NCBI GenBank assembly: GCA_049966795.1
Contig: JBMFTY010000002.1
Location: 10,874 to 74,873 of the forward strand
Direction of reading: 5' to 3'
Length of the DNA stretch: 64,000 bases
Source: Thermoplasmata archaeon
GTDB taxonomy: Archaea > Thermoplasmatota > Thermoplasmata > Thermoplasmatales > GCA-001856825
The first letter of the stretch is position 1. Each line of letters begins with the position of its first letter. Under the pieces are notes generated by a model, which was not told where the DNA came from, ran no database searches, and worked only from the letters and a program-made list of their open reading frames with translations. The translations under genes and the position numbers were made by a program. Positions 35,657 to 43,831 of the stretch are shown here, piece after piece.

Positions 35657-35908
35657 TCATTTCTTCATTGCCTCGAAAAAAAATTTCTCCAGTATGGAGA
35701 GTGACCTGAATATTCCGGTCCTCTCCATGACTGATCTGATTGCACGCACTATACCGAATTCAAGGGGAGGATCAAAATCAAGTTTCCCCATGTCGGTATC
35801 CTTCATCCTCTCATTCATCACTTCAAATTCGAACATCTCCCTGTCATCATCATTCTTCACGGGGCCGAGATGCCTTATGACCCTTGTCTTCTGTTTTCCA
35901 TTCTCCAT
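35657..35908 (-). pseudogene. possible N-terminal fragment of an IS1634/IS4-type transposase
   Basis: The 83-aa ORF MENGKQKTRVIRHLGPVKNDDDRE...PPLEFGIVRAIRSVMERTGIF resembles the conserved N-terminus of IS1634-like transposases (..GK.rq.vi.hLG.....; ..yG.v.ll..l.e.lGi). No DDE domain follows. Confidence 0.3.
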
Positions 35909-36354
35909 TAACTCTCTGCAATCTGTGCATATTCTCTAACCCCTGAACCATATTTTTTCCAGACAAACCTCAGGCACATCGCATGAGAACAACGAAGCGA
36001 CATTAATGAATCATGCACCATGGTGCATTATACAAAATCAACGAAATACCACGGAAATTACTGGAACAGGTTGAAAATCAATTGTGAAAGTCAAGGTTTA
36101 ACGAAAAACGCTAAAAATGATATCTATTGCTAACAACAGCTTTAATGACACTTTCCATTAAATATCTGCCACCGGACTTAAAACTAATGACACTTCTCCC
36201 AAAGTTGTTACTAACCCAAAGAGATAGATAAGGAGATATCTGTCAAATCTTCCGCTAATAATTTTCCGAGTTTCAGGAGATACATAGCGAAGGCAATCAG
36301 GAGAAGGATTAGATAATATCGATGATCGCCGTTGTGAGGAATGTGTAAAAATCT

Positions 36355-36828
36355 CTACCCACGGCAAGGCGGAAATTCGCTGTCCTTCCAGTTCATCTTT
36401 TTTTTCAAACAGCAGGCATGGTCTTCGCTGAGGATACGTACAAAGCCCCATCTATTCTCGAAAGGTAGAAGCTCCTTTGAATTATCATTAGTTTTCCCGT
36501 TGACGCAGCTTTCCATCGTTCCAGTGAGGTCTTGTCCGTCTTCAACAGCGATGTTAAACCTTATGAGATACGGGTGCATTCTTCGCGGGTCTCCTACGGG
36601 GGCGGTCATGTAATCATAATCTTTCTCAACTATTTCACCCATATAATACCCGTGCGATTTACTGCAGAACAGAACATAGTCTCCTTCTTCAATGATGTTC
36701 TGCTCCCCTGTTTTCAGCTCAGGAAGCACACATTTCCTTGATTTCCTGACTCCAAGGAAATCATATAATAAATGATCAGGGTAAAAGAGGACCATCAGAA
36801 GCCTTTCTCTGCTCATATTATAGTACAA
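36355..36828 (-). CDS. hypothetical protein (157 aa); its 3' end overlaps a -1 frame ORF (36158-36451) at an A_AAA_AAG site
   Basis: ORF in the low-GC islet with AAAAATTATAAAT upstream of the ATG. No family recognised. See the frameshift finding. Confidence 0.45.
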   Translation of the reverse strand: MYYNMSRERLLMVLFYPDHLLYDFLGVRKSRKCVLPELKTGEQNIIEEGDYVLFCSKSHGYYMGEIVEKDYDYMTAPVGDPRRMHPYLIRFNIAVEDGQDLTGTMESCVNGKTNDNSKELLPFENRWGFVRILSEDHACCLKKKMNWKDSEFPPCRG

Positions 36829-37036
36829 CCACCCGGAATTTATAATTTTTTAGGACTATGGCGCTAAAAAGATGGTTGGATCCCCATCGTATCTAAGTTC
36901 TCCAGTCATTTCCCGATTGAAGGGTAATGTGCGCATCCATCAAGGTTGATTCCTGAGGAGAGATAAGAGACTCCTGCACGATATCTCTCAGAAAGGAGCT
37001 CTGCTGTTGACTGGGAAAATTTAGGGCATAATATTT

Positions 37037-37054
37037 AATTAGGTTACCCTAATT
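37037..37054. promoter_or_regulatory. DtxR/IdeR-like palindromic operator AATTAGGttacCCTAATT
   Basis: A perfect 7-bp inverted repeat with a 4-nt spacer. The TTAGGTTAC half matches the left half of the TWAGGTWAGSCTWACCTWA iron-box consensus. It lies between a TATA-like ATAATATTTAA (37029-37039) and the dtxR ATG (37063). Confidence 0.55.
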
Positions 37055-37062
37055 CGGAAACA

Positions 37063-37746
37063 ATGAAGCACAATAGGGAGGACTACATTCTCACGATCTG
37101 GGAACTGATGGAGAGCATGGGGAATGCGACTGAAAAAACGGTTTCTGGAAGACTGGGTGTGGCCCTTCCGTCCGCCTGGGAGGAGATTCACAGACTCGAG
37201 ACGGAAAAACTGATCATCATTGGGAAAAAGGGATTGAGGTTCACTCAGGGCGGTTTCAGGGAAGCAAGGAGGATAGTGATGGCCCACAGGATTACAGAAT
37301 ACTTCGTGTATGCCTATCTGGAGGTGCCGTGGGACGAGGTGCACAACTCCGTCATGGACCTTGAGCACGATTTCAATGAAAATCTCCTTGCCAATCTTTA
37401 CAGGAAGATGGGTTATCCCAAATACTGTCCCCATGGCAATCCGATCAATCCCAATGCCAGAATATACGAGATTGAGGCATCAGAATTAGGAGATGGGAGC
37501 TACTATTTCGTCAGGGCGACTTACGAAGATTACTCCCTCCTTAAGGGCCTCTTTAGGGGGGGCGCCCTACCGGGGAAGAGGGTGAAGGTAGAAAGGCTGG
37601 AGGACGGGATAAGAATTGAAGGCGAGAATGGAGAGGTGTTCATAGGGAAGGATTACGAGAAGGCCATCAGGCTTTCCGACAGGGCCATGCAAAAAGAGAG
37701 AATTTCAATGGAAGGGACGTGGATTCCCCTAGGAAGTGGGATTTGA
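37063..37746 (+). CDS. DtxR/MntR-family metal-dependent transcriptional repressor with a C-terminal FeoA/SH3-like domain
   Basis: REDYILTIWELMESMGNATEKTVSGRLGVALPSAWEEIHRLETEKLI (wHTH), a metal and dimerisation region ARRIVMAHRITEYF...EVHNSVMDLEHDF, and a C-terminal SH3-like LPGKRVKVERLEDG. Confidence 0.85.
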   Translation: MKHNREDYILTIWELMESMGNATEKTVSGRLGVALPSAWEEIHRLETEKLIIIGKKGLRFTQGGFREARRIVMAHRITEYFVYAYLEVPWDEVHNSVMDLEHDFNENLLANLYRKMGYPKYCPHGNPINPNARIYEIEASELGDGSYYFVRATYEDYSLLKGLFRGGALPGKRVKVERLEDGIRIEGENGEVFIGKDYEKAIRLSDRAMQKERISMEGTWIPLGSGI

Positions 37747-37756
37747 GGAGAGCTTG

Positions 37757-38965
37757 ATGAATCCCAGGATCAGGAAGCTGCTGCCCATCCTCGGACCAGG
37801 CTGGGTCGTGATGATGGCCGATCTGGATGCACCCAGCGTAATCACCGCCGTGGAATCAGGCATACAGTTCAAGGCTCACCTGATCGTTCTCCTGATAATT
37901 CTCATCGTACCGCTTTTCCTTGTTCAGGACACCGCCTCAAGGATCGGTGCCGTAACTGGCAAGACCCTTGGGCAGCTGATGACATCAAATTTCGGTCACA
38001 AATGGACCGTGACAGCTGTCTCAGGCTCAGCGATAATCGACTTCGCTGCATACGTTGGTGAGTTTGCGGGAATAGCTGCGGCAGCGGAAGTTCTCGGGAT
38101 CCCTGTTTTTGTCGCAGTTATAGCGGTCATACTCATCCATTCACTGGTTATCATGACAGGCACATACAAGAAAATAGAGGTCCTCCTCGTTGCCCTTGGT
38201 TCCCTCCTCTTCGCGTTCATAATTCTGGACTTCTTCATGAGGCCTTCCATCGTAAACCCAAGCAGCTTCTTTCCAGTGGTACCCGAGAGCTCCTTCTATT
38301 TCCTCGTAGCGGCTAACATAGGTGCCGTGATAATGCCTTGGATGCTGTTCTACCATCAGGCCGCAGACGTTGACAGGGGACTGAAGATATCGGAAATGAA
38401 GAGAGAAAGCAGGGGAACACTCCTCGGGGCTGTGGTCTCAGAGGTGCTGATGATTTCGATAGTTATTTTCTCCTGGAGGCTGTCTGAGCTTGGCCTCAGC
38501 TCGGGGAGCTCCCTTGAAAGCGTCTCCAATGCTCTGGGGAGCATCATCGGGCCTGCTGGGCCTTTCATATTCAGCATCGGTGTTGGTGTCGCCGGCCTCC
38601 TGGCGATGTTCGTGATCTCAATGAGCATGTCGTACACGATATCCGACGCGCTAAAATGGAAGGGGAGCTTCAACGGGAGGATAAGGGAACAGAAGGGTTT
38701 CTACTCCGTATACCTGGTGGAAATCATTCCCGCTGCCATCATAATCCTTACGTATCCTAACCTGGTGGCCATAGTCCTCGATGTGATGGTATTCACCTCA
38801 GTTGCGGTGGCTTTGCCTCTCATGGTGGTCACGAGAATAGCTTCAAATCCTCGAATCATGGGAAAATACAGGATAAGCAAGGTGAGGGAGGTATCCCTCT
38901 ACGTGATTCTTGCGCTCATTGTTTCCATAGGTATGTACTCAATAATCACCTCATTCATAGCCTGA
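37757..38965 (+). CDS. mntH: NRAMP-family divalent metal (Mn2+/Fe2+) transporter
   Basis: LLPILGPGWVVMMADLDAPSVITA (the NRAMP DPGN-like region) and about 11 TM segments. ATG 37757 is preceded by GAGGAG at 37745-37750. The track ORF starts at GTG 37736 and overlaps the dtxR stop. Confidence 0.8.
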   Translation: MNPRIRKLLPILGPGWVVMMADLDAPSVITAVESGIQFKAHLIVLLIILIVPLFLVQDTASRIGAVTGKTLGQLMTSNFGHKWTVTAVSGSAIIDFAAYVGEFAGIAAAAEVLGIPVFVAVIAVILIHSLVIMTGTYKKIEVLLVALGSLLFAFIILDFFMRPSIVNPSSFFPVVPESSFYFLVAANIGAVIMPWMLFYHQAADVDRGLKISEMKRESRGTLLGAVVSEVLMISIVIFSWRLSELGLSSGSSLESVSNALGSIIGPAGPFIFSIGVGVAGLLAMFVISMSMSYTISDALKWKGSFNGRIREQKGFYSVYLVEIIPAAIIILTYPNLVAIVLDVMVFTSVAVALPLMVVTRIASNPRIMGKYRISKVREVSLYVILALIVSIGMYSIITSFIA

Positions 38966-39001
38966 AGAAATATTGTTATCCCAGTACGCGTTTTTATCAG
39001 C

Positions 39002-40348
39002 ATGGTTGTCTCCCCCATCGACTACAGGTACGGTCGAAATGAGGTCAAGGAAATATTCTCCGAAGAGAGGAGGATTCTCTACATGCTACAGGTGGAGGCT
39101 TCGCTTGCCAGGGCAGAGGCTGAGCTGGGAATAATACCAAAGAAGCATGCGGACATAATATCCAAGCACGCCAATCTGGAAGACGTAAGGCTGGAGAGGG
39201 TCAGGGAAATAGAGGGGGAAATAGGGCATGATGTGATGGCCCTCGTGAGGGCGCTGTCGGAAGTGAGCGGGGAAGCTGGGGGTTACGTTCACCTTGGCGC
39301 AACTTCCAACGACATCCTTGATACAGCGACAGCCCTGCAGCTCAAGAGCTTCTACGATTATCTTGAGAGCGATATCAGGAATCTTTCCTCCGCTTTGTAC
39401 GAAAAGGCGAGGCAACACATTAACACGGTGATGATAGGAAGAACTCACGGTCAACACGCCCTTCCAATAACATTTGGTCTCAAGATGGCCGTTTATCTTG
39501 CAGAGATGTTGAGGCATTCAGAAAGGGTGGAGGAATCAAGGAAGAGGGTCATAGTGGGAAAATTCATGGGCGCGGTTGGGACCGGTGCAGCCCTCGGGAA
39601 GGACACATTGCGAGTGCAGGCAAGGCTAATGGAAATTCTAGGTATCAGGGAGGAGGAGGGGCCAACGCAGATAGTGGGGAGGGACAGGTTTGTGGAATAT
39701 GTATCCGTGATAGCGGGAATTGCGACCACGTTGGAGAAGCTTGCCACAGAGATCAGGAACCTTCAGAGGCCTGAGATAGGAGAGGTTCAGGAACCTTTCG
39801 ATGAAAAAAGGCAGGTTGGATCCAGCACCATGGCTCAGAAGATAAATCCCGTGGTCTCAGAAAACGTGGCCTCACTTGCTAGGATCATAAGGGGATTCCT
39901 GATTCCAATGCATGAATCCGCGATCCTCTGGCATGAGAGGGACCTGACTAACAGCGCGGCGGAGAGGTTCATAATACCTTACGTCTCGATCCTGATCGAT
40001 GATATTCTAGCTAAGATGACCGGAGTGATTGAAGGGCTAAAGGTGAATGAGGAAGCGATGCTCAAGAATGTGATGAGCGATGACCTATCTCTCGGGGAGG
40101 CATATCTTATGGCCCTTGTGAAATCGGGATATGGAAGGCAGGAAGCGCACGAGATAGTGAGAAAAGCATCAATGGAGGTCAGAAGGAAGGGAGGGGGGCT
40201 GAAGGAAAGGGTGGAGGAGATCGCCGGCAGCAAAATAAAGGGCATCTCCCCCCTTGATTACACGGGAAACGCTGTCGCCATAACGAAGAGCATACTGGAA
40301 AGGTACGAAAAGCGCTATTCCCGTAGAGGTGCAGGGAAGAAGGGATAG
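39002..40348 (+). CDS. purB: adenylosuccinate lyase
   Basis: SPIDYRYGRNEVKEIFSEE, HLGATSNDILDTA and the fumarate-lyase signature GSSTMAQKINP. Confidence 0.9.
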   Translation: MVVSPIDYRYGRNEVKEIFSEERRILYMLQVEASLARAEAELGIIPKKHADIISKHANLEDVRLERVREIEGEIGHDVMALVRALSEVSGEAGGYVHLGATSNDILDTATALQLKSFYDYLESDIRNLSSALYEKARQHINTVMIGRTHGQHALPITFGLKMAVYLAEMLRHSERVEESRKRVIVGKFMGAVGTGAALGKDTLRVQARLMEILGIREEEGPTQIVGRDRFVEYVSVIAGIATTLEKLATEIRNLQRPEIGEVQEPFDEKRQVGSSTMAQKINPVVSENVASLARIIRGFLIPMHESAILWHERDLTNSAAERFIIPYVSILIDDILAKMTGVIEGLKVNEEAMLKNVMSDDLSLGEAYLMALVKSGYGRQEAHEIVRKASMEVRRKGGGLKERVEEIAGSKIKGISPLDYTGNAVAITKSILERYEKRYSRRGAGKKG

Positions 40349-40377
40349 TTTTTTATTCGCCTGGCACATAAGAAAAC

Positions 40378-40587
40378 GTGGAGTCAGTTGGCAGGTTCTG
40401 CTTTTACAACAGGGACGGGGTATGCTATTTCGTGAGGAATCAGCCGACGAAGTGCAATCTCTGCCCGAATTTTCTCTCCTTCAAGAAGGAGGCCGCGGAA
40501 TTGACTTCATCTCCCCTGCCTGTGAGGTATTTTGATCTCGGAATGACGAAGGGTGGCGGTGACACAATTCAGAGAAGCCTCGTCTAG
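40378..40587 (+). CDS. small Cys-rich hypothetical protein (69 aa)
   Basis: GTG-start ORF MESVGRFCFYNRDGVCYFVRNQPTKCNLCPNF... with AGG/AAG codon usage typical of this genome. TTTTTTATT is centred about 25 nt upstream. It overlaps the convergent protease gene by 4 nt. Confidence 0.3.
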   Translation: MESVGRFCFYNRDGVCYFVRNQPTKCNLCPNFLSFKKEAAELTSSPLPVRYFDLGMTKGGGDTIQRSLV

Positions 40588-42053
40588 ATTCTCGGTATCA
40601 CGATCTCCCATATCAAAAGGAAGAGAACTATCAGGCTTATCGTCGCAACTATAGCGTCCCTCGTTCTCTTGCTCCTCTGTAGAGCGGGGGTATTCAGAAG
40701 GACATACCCTCCGTCCAGCGGAACGATGGGGAGTATGTTCGTGAGTCCGAGGGCGAAATTGAGCCAGAAGAGCCAGTAGAATAGATACTCAAAATTGAGC
40801 ATCACTGGACTTGCGTCAATTGATGTGAGGAGGTAAGAGGGGAGGGGAAGGAGGAAATGGAATGGGAGACCAACGTATTCGAAGAATCCCAGAGGCCCCT
40901 CTGAAAAGGGATTCTTGAGAAGAGCAAGATAAGAAAACTGATCGAAGAGAGCCACACCAAGGACAGCAACCTGCACTCCGATGAACGGATAACTATGGGG
41001 AACGCCGGGATTGGCTATACCCTGGGACTTCAGGTAGCTGTATTCCGACGCCAACGTGATGTTGAAATTCCTGAATCCGGAGCCGTTGAACACCTTCATC
41101 GCAACAACCTGTCCGGCGGCATATGAAGAAAGAACCTGCTGGAGAACGGTCTCATTCTCGATGCTCCTGCTCCCGAGGGACACTATCACGTTTCCGGCCT
41201 TTACTCCTGCCAGGGAGGCCGGGTAGCCGCTGACTGTTCCTACAACGTAGAGCCCATAGAGAACCCTTTCATTAATCAGATGACCTGACCTCAGCAGGGT
41301 AACGTTCACGTATGTACCGGGACTGAAAGACAGGTTCTCTATTTGTCCAGGGTAATTGATGGATATGCCATTGATCGCCTTTATCACGTCTCCGGGATGA
41401 AAGTCAGGTGACACGGAGGTCTGTACAGGCGCTCCTTGAACCCCGGTGAATGTTGAAGCAATCAGCAGTGAGAGGACGATGAAAATGACCGCAAGAACAA
41501 CATTCATTCCTGGACCTGCAGCAAAGATCTTGCCCCTTACCTTTGGCTCAACCTTCTTTGTCTCCTCCTCGTCAGGCTCAACAAACGCTCCAATGGGAAT
41601 TATCAGCCAGAGGAGGCCAGTGCTTCTCACGGTTATGTTGTGCCTCCTAGCCGCTATGCCGTGGGCGCCCTCATGCAGGGCTACGGCCACTATCAGTCCT
41701 ATGATTCCGTAACCTATAGGTATCGTTGGATTAATCCCTGGGAGGGCAAGTGCGTAGGACAGAGGAATAGCGGCGCTCCTTGGAATTGAGAACACTAGGA
41801 TCGCCTCATAAATGAGGAGTATGACCGTGGCTGCGGAAAGTATAGGCATAGCGTAATAGAAGAAGGAGATGAAGTAGTCCCAGAACTTCAGCTTGGAAAC
41901 CTTCTCTATGATCTTTATTCCTGCCTGGGTCCTGATGAGAATGGCCGGACCGTACGGAGAGACATGATTCCTGAAGCTGGTGGTGGTTAGGTAGAAGGCG
42001 AGAATCCAGGCCAATATTAGCAGGAGAACTATGAGAAGCCAGTTCACGGCCAC
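40584..42053 (-). CDS. site-2 protease (M50 family) with PDZ domain(s)
   Basis: HEGAHGIAARRH (HExxH), NILPIVPLDGGYVL (NxxPxxxLDG), and a central PDZ-like region (GDVIKAINGISI, AGVKAGNVIVSLGS). Confidence 0.8.
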   Translation of the reverse strand: MAVNWLLIVLLLILAWILAFYLTTTSFRNHVSPYGPAILIRTQAGIKIIEKVSKLKFWDYFISFFYYAMPILSAATVILLIYEAILVFSIPRSAAIPLSYALALPGINPTIPIGYGIIGLIVAVALHEGAHGIAARRHNITVRSTGLLWLIIPIGAFVEPDEEETKKVEPKVRGKIFAAGPGMNVVLAVIFIVLSLLIASTFTGVQGAPVQTSVSPDFHPGDVIKAINGISINYPGQIENLSFSPGTYVNVTLLRSGHLINERVLYGLYVVGTVSGYPASLAGVKAGNVIVSLGSRSIENETVLQQVLSSYAAGQVVAMKVFNGSGFRNFNITLASEYSYLKSQGIANPGVPHSYPFIGVQVAVLGVALFDQFSYLALLKNPFSEGPLGFFEYVGLPFHFLLPLPSYLLTSIDASPVMLNFEYLFYWLFWLNFALGLTNILPIVPLDGGYVLLNTPALQRSKRTRDAIVATISLIVLFLLIWEIVIPRI

Positions 42054-42120
42054 CCATTGAAAATCCTTTATTAATCATTCCCTCGCTCGTAAGGTTTAAT
42101 CCCAGGGTTTAAAGATTTAT

Positions 42121-42555
42121 ATGATGCCTAATTCATGGAACATGAAGGCAAAAGTCAGGTGGGTTGGAAACCTCACCTTCATAGGTTCTGCCGATTCCAG
42201 GCATTACACAATAATTGACCACGCGGAGAACAAGGAGGAGCAGATGGGCAGTTCCCCGACGGAGCTGCTTTTACAGGCGATGCTGTCATGCACCGCTACA
42301 GACATAGTTAACATTCTGAGAAAGATGAGGGAACCGCTGGAAGGGCTGGAAGTGAGTGCGGAAGGATTCAGGTCAAAAGAATATCCACAGCTTTTCACTG
42401 AGATAACTCTGGAATATGTTGTCAAGGGAAAGGTCAATAGGGAGAGCCTCGAGAAGGCCATCTCACTCAGCCAGGAAAAATACTGCCACATCTCCATCGC
42501 GCTCAAGAGAAGCGGGACGAATGTAAAGGTGAAAAGCAGAATCGAGGATGCGTGA
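42121..42555 (+). CDS. OsmC/Ohr-family peroxiredoxin-like protein
   Basis: SPTELLLQAMLSCTATDIVNILRK and QEKYCHISIALK carry the two conserved OsmC cysteines. Confidence 0.8.
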   Translation: MMPNSWNMKAKVRWVGNLTFIGSADSRHYTIIDHAENKEEQMGSSPTELLLQAMLSCTATDIVNILRKMREPLEGLEVSAEGFRSKEYPQLFTEITLEYVVKGKVNRESLEKAISLSQEKYCHISIALKRSGTNVKVKSRIEDA

Positions 42556-42604
42556 GGAAAGACTAAGATATTTATAAAGAGCCACCTTTTACCTTGGATA
42601 ATAA

Positions 42605-42991
42605 ATGACATGGCAAGATCAAGAGGTAAGGGAACTCAAGGAGAACAAGTACATACTGATAGACGAGGAGCCCTGCAGAATTGTTGAGATCACGACGTCC
42701 AAGCCGGGGAAGCATGGCGAGGCCAAGGCAAGGATAGTCGCGATAGGCATATTCGACAACCAGAAGAGGAGCGTTGTCTATCCAACCAAGCACAAGGTGA
42801 AGGTGCCTATCATAGAGAAGAAGACAGCGCAGATTTTGAGCGTTACACAGAACGAGGCCCTCCTGATGGATATGGAGACATTCGAGCAGTTCAGCGCTCC
42901 TATTCCGGAAGAGTTCAAGGAGAAAGCGAAAAGCGGGGCAGAAGTGGAATACTGGGAATCCATGGGAAAGAGGAAAATAATGAGGATTTGA
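42605..42991 (+). CDS. eif5a: translation initiation/elongation factor aIF5A
   Basis: [21 protein letters not shown] contains the hypusine-site motif (S/T)KxGKHG. 128 aa. Confidence 0.9.
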   Translation: MTWQDQEVRELKENKYILIDEEPCRIVEITTSKPGKHGEAKARIVAIGIFDNQKRSVVYPTKHKVKVPIIEKKTAQILSVTQNEALLMDMETFEQFSAPIPEEFKEKAKSGAEVEYWESMGKRKIMRI

Positions 42992-43831
42992 ATGCCTTCT
43001 AGGTTAAAGTTCTGCGATACCACTGAAGATTACTCGGACTCAAGGTATGTGCTTTTCGGGGTGCCCTATGATGCAACGGTATCCTTCAGGTCCGGGGAGA
43101 AACTTGCACCTAATGAGATAAGAAAAGCATCGTACAACATGGAGAGCTATTCCCTTTACAGGGGGGTGGACCTGAAATTTGCTGGGGTTTTTGACGATGG
43201 GGACCTAGATGAGCATCACGACTCCGAGGAAATGCTGGAGGACGTGTTCTCTGAGGTTGACAAGATAGTATCTGACGGGAAATTTCCAATAATGCTTGGC
43301 GGGGAGCACACCATTACTCTCGGCGCAATAAGAAGGATGAAGTGCAGGACTGTTTTCATAGACGCCCATACCGATTTCAGGGATTCGTACCTAGGGAACA
43401 GATACTCGCATGCCTGCGTGGCCAGGAGGGTGAGCGAGGTTGTTGGAAAAGAGAATGTGGTCTCCGTAGGAATAAGGTCCGTTTCCCCAGAGGAAATGGA
43501 ACAGGGAACGCAGAAATTCTTCACAAGCTACGACGTAAGGAAAAACAGCGGGGAGATGATCCGATATCTAAAGAAGTTCAGCGATTCTCCTGTTTATTTG
43601 TCCATAGACTTTGACGGTTTCGATCCCGCCTACGCGCCGGGCGTGGGAACCCCGGAACCGTTCGGTCTTGATCCCTTCATTATGTTGGAAATCATCGAGG
43701 TTATTGGCCACAGGTTGGTTGGGTTGGATTTGACGGAGATCACCCCGGTTTATGACAACGGCAACACCTCGATGCTGGCCGCAAGGATTATCCAGGAGAT
43801 TGTCTCTTATCTTGAGAAGGACAGGAAATGA
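42992..43831 (+). CDS. speB: agmatinase (ureohydrolase family)
   Basis: GGEHTITLG, FIDAHTDFRD and SIDFDGFDPAYAPGVGTPEPFGL are the arginase/agmatinase Mn-binding motifs. The ATG follows the aIF5A TGA directly. Confidence 0.85.
   Translation: MPSRLKFCDTTEDYSDSRYVLFGVPYDATVSFRSGEKLAPNEIRKASYNMESYSLYRGVDLKFAGVFDDGDLDEHHDSEEMLEDVFSEVDKIVSDGKFPIMLGGEHTITLGAIRRMKCRTVFIDAHTDFRDSYLGNRYSHACVARRVSEVVGKENVVSVGIRSVSPEEMEQGTQKFFTSYDVRKNSGEMIRYLKKFSDSPVYLSIDFDGFDPAYAPGVGTPEPFGLDPFIMLEIIEVIGHRLVGLDLTEITPVYDNGNTSMLAARIIQEIVSYLEKDRK

Larger units (their letters stand above)
35617..37040. mobile_element. low-GC, gene-poor islet 3' of tRNA-Pro (putative remnant of an integrated or transposable element)
   Basis: It directly abuts the tRNA 3' end. 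It contains a transposase-like N-terminal fragment, about 450 bp of AT-rich non-coding DNA, and an ORF pair with a frameshift signature. No flanking direct repeat of the tRNA 3' end was found, so the boundaries are approximate. Confidence 0.3.

Noticed and set aside
36013-36028. Perfect 16-bp palindrome ATGCACCATGGTGCAT.
   Set aside because: About one perfect 16-bp palindrome is expected by chance in 64 kb (64000 / 4^8). It is mentioned only as part of the islet description, not as an independent signal.
36158-36451. ORF B as an independent 97-aa gene.
   Set aside because: Its ATG lies inside ORF A, there is no upstream promoter or SD, and the sequence is weakly protein-like. It is only meaningful, if at all, as the -1 frame extension discussed in the findings.
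36829-37062. Search for a direct repeat of the tRNA-Pro 3' end (att site) marking the far edge of an integrated element.
   Set aside because: Only a weak, inverted AAAT(T)CCGGG similarity at about 36832-36845 was found, with no direct repeat. An intact integrated element therefore cannot be claimed, only a remnant.
40329-40535. 68-aa ORF overlapping the purB 3' end.
   Set aside because: It overlaps the purB coding region and competes with the better-supported 40378-40587 frame. It has no motif.
42989-42994. aIF5A and agmatinase are in the same reading frame, separated only by TGA-ATG, which raised the possibility of a read-through fusion.
   Set aside because: Same-frame adjacency has a one-in-three prior. 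Both proteins have normal termini for their families, and no recoding signal is evident. The tight coupling is reported instead.
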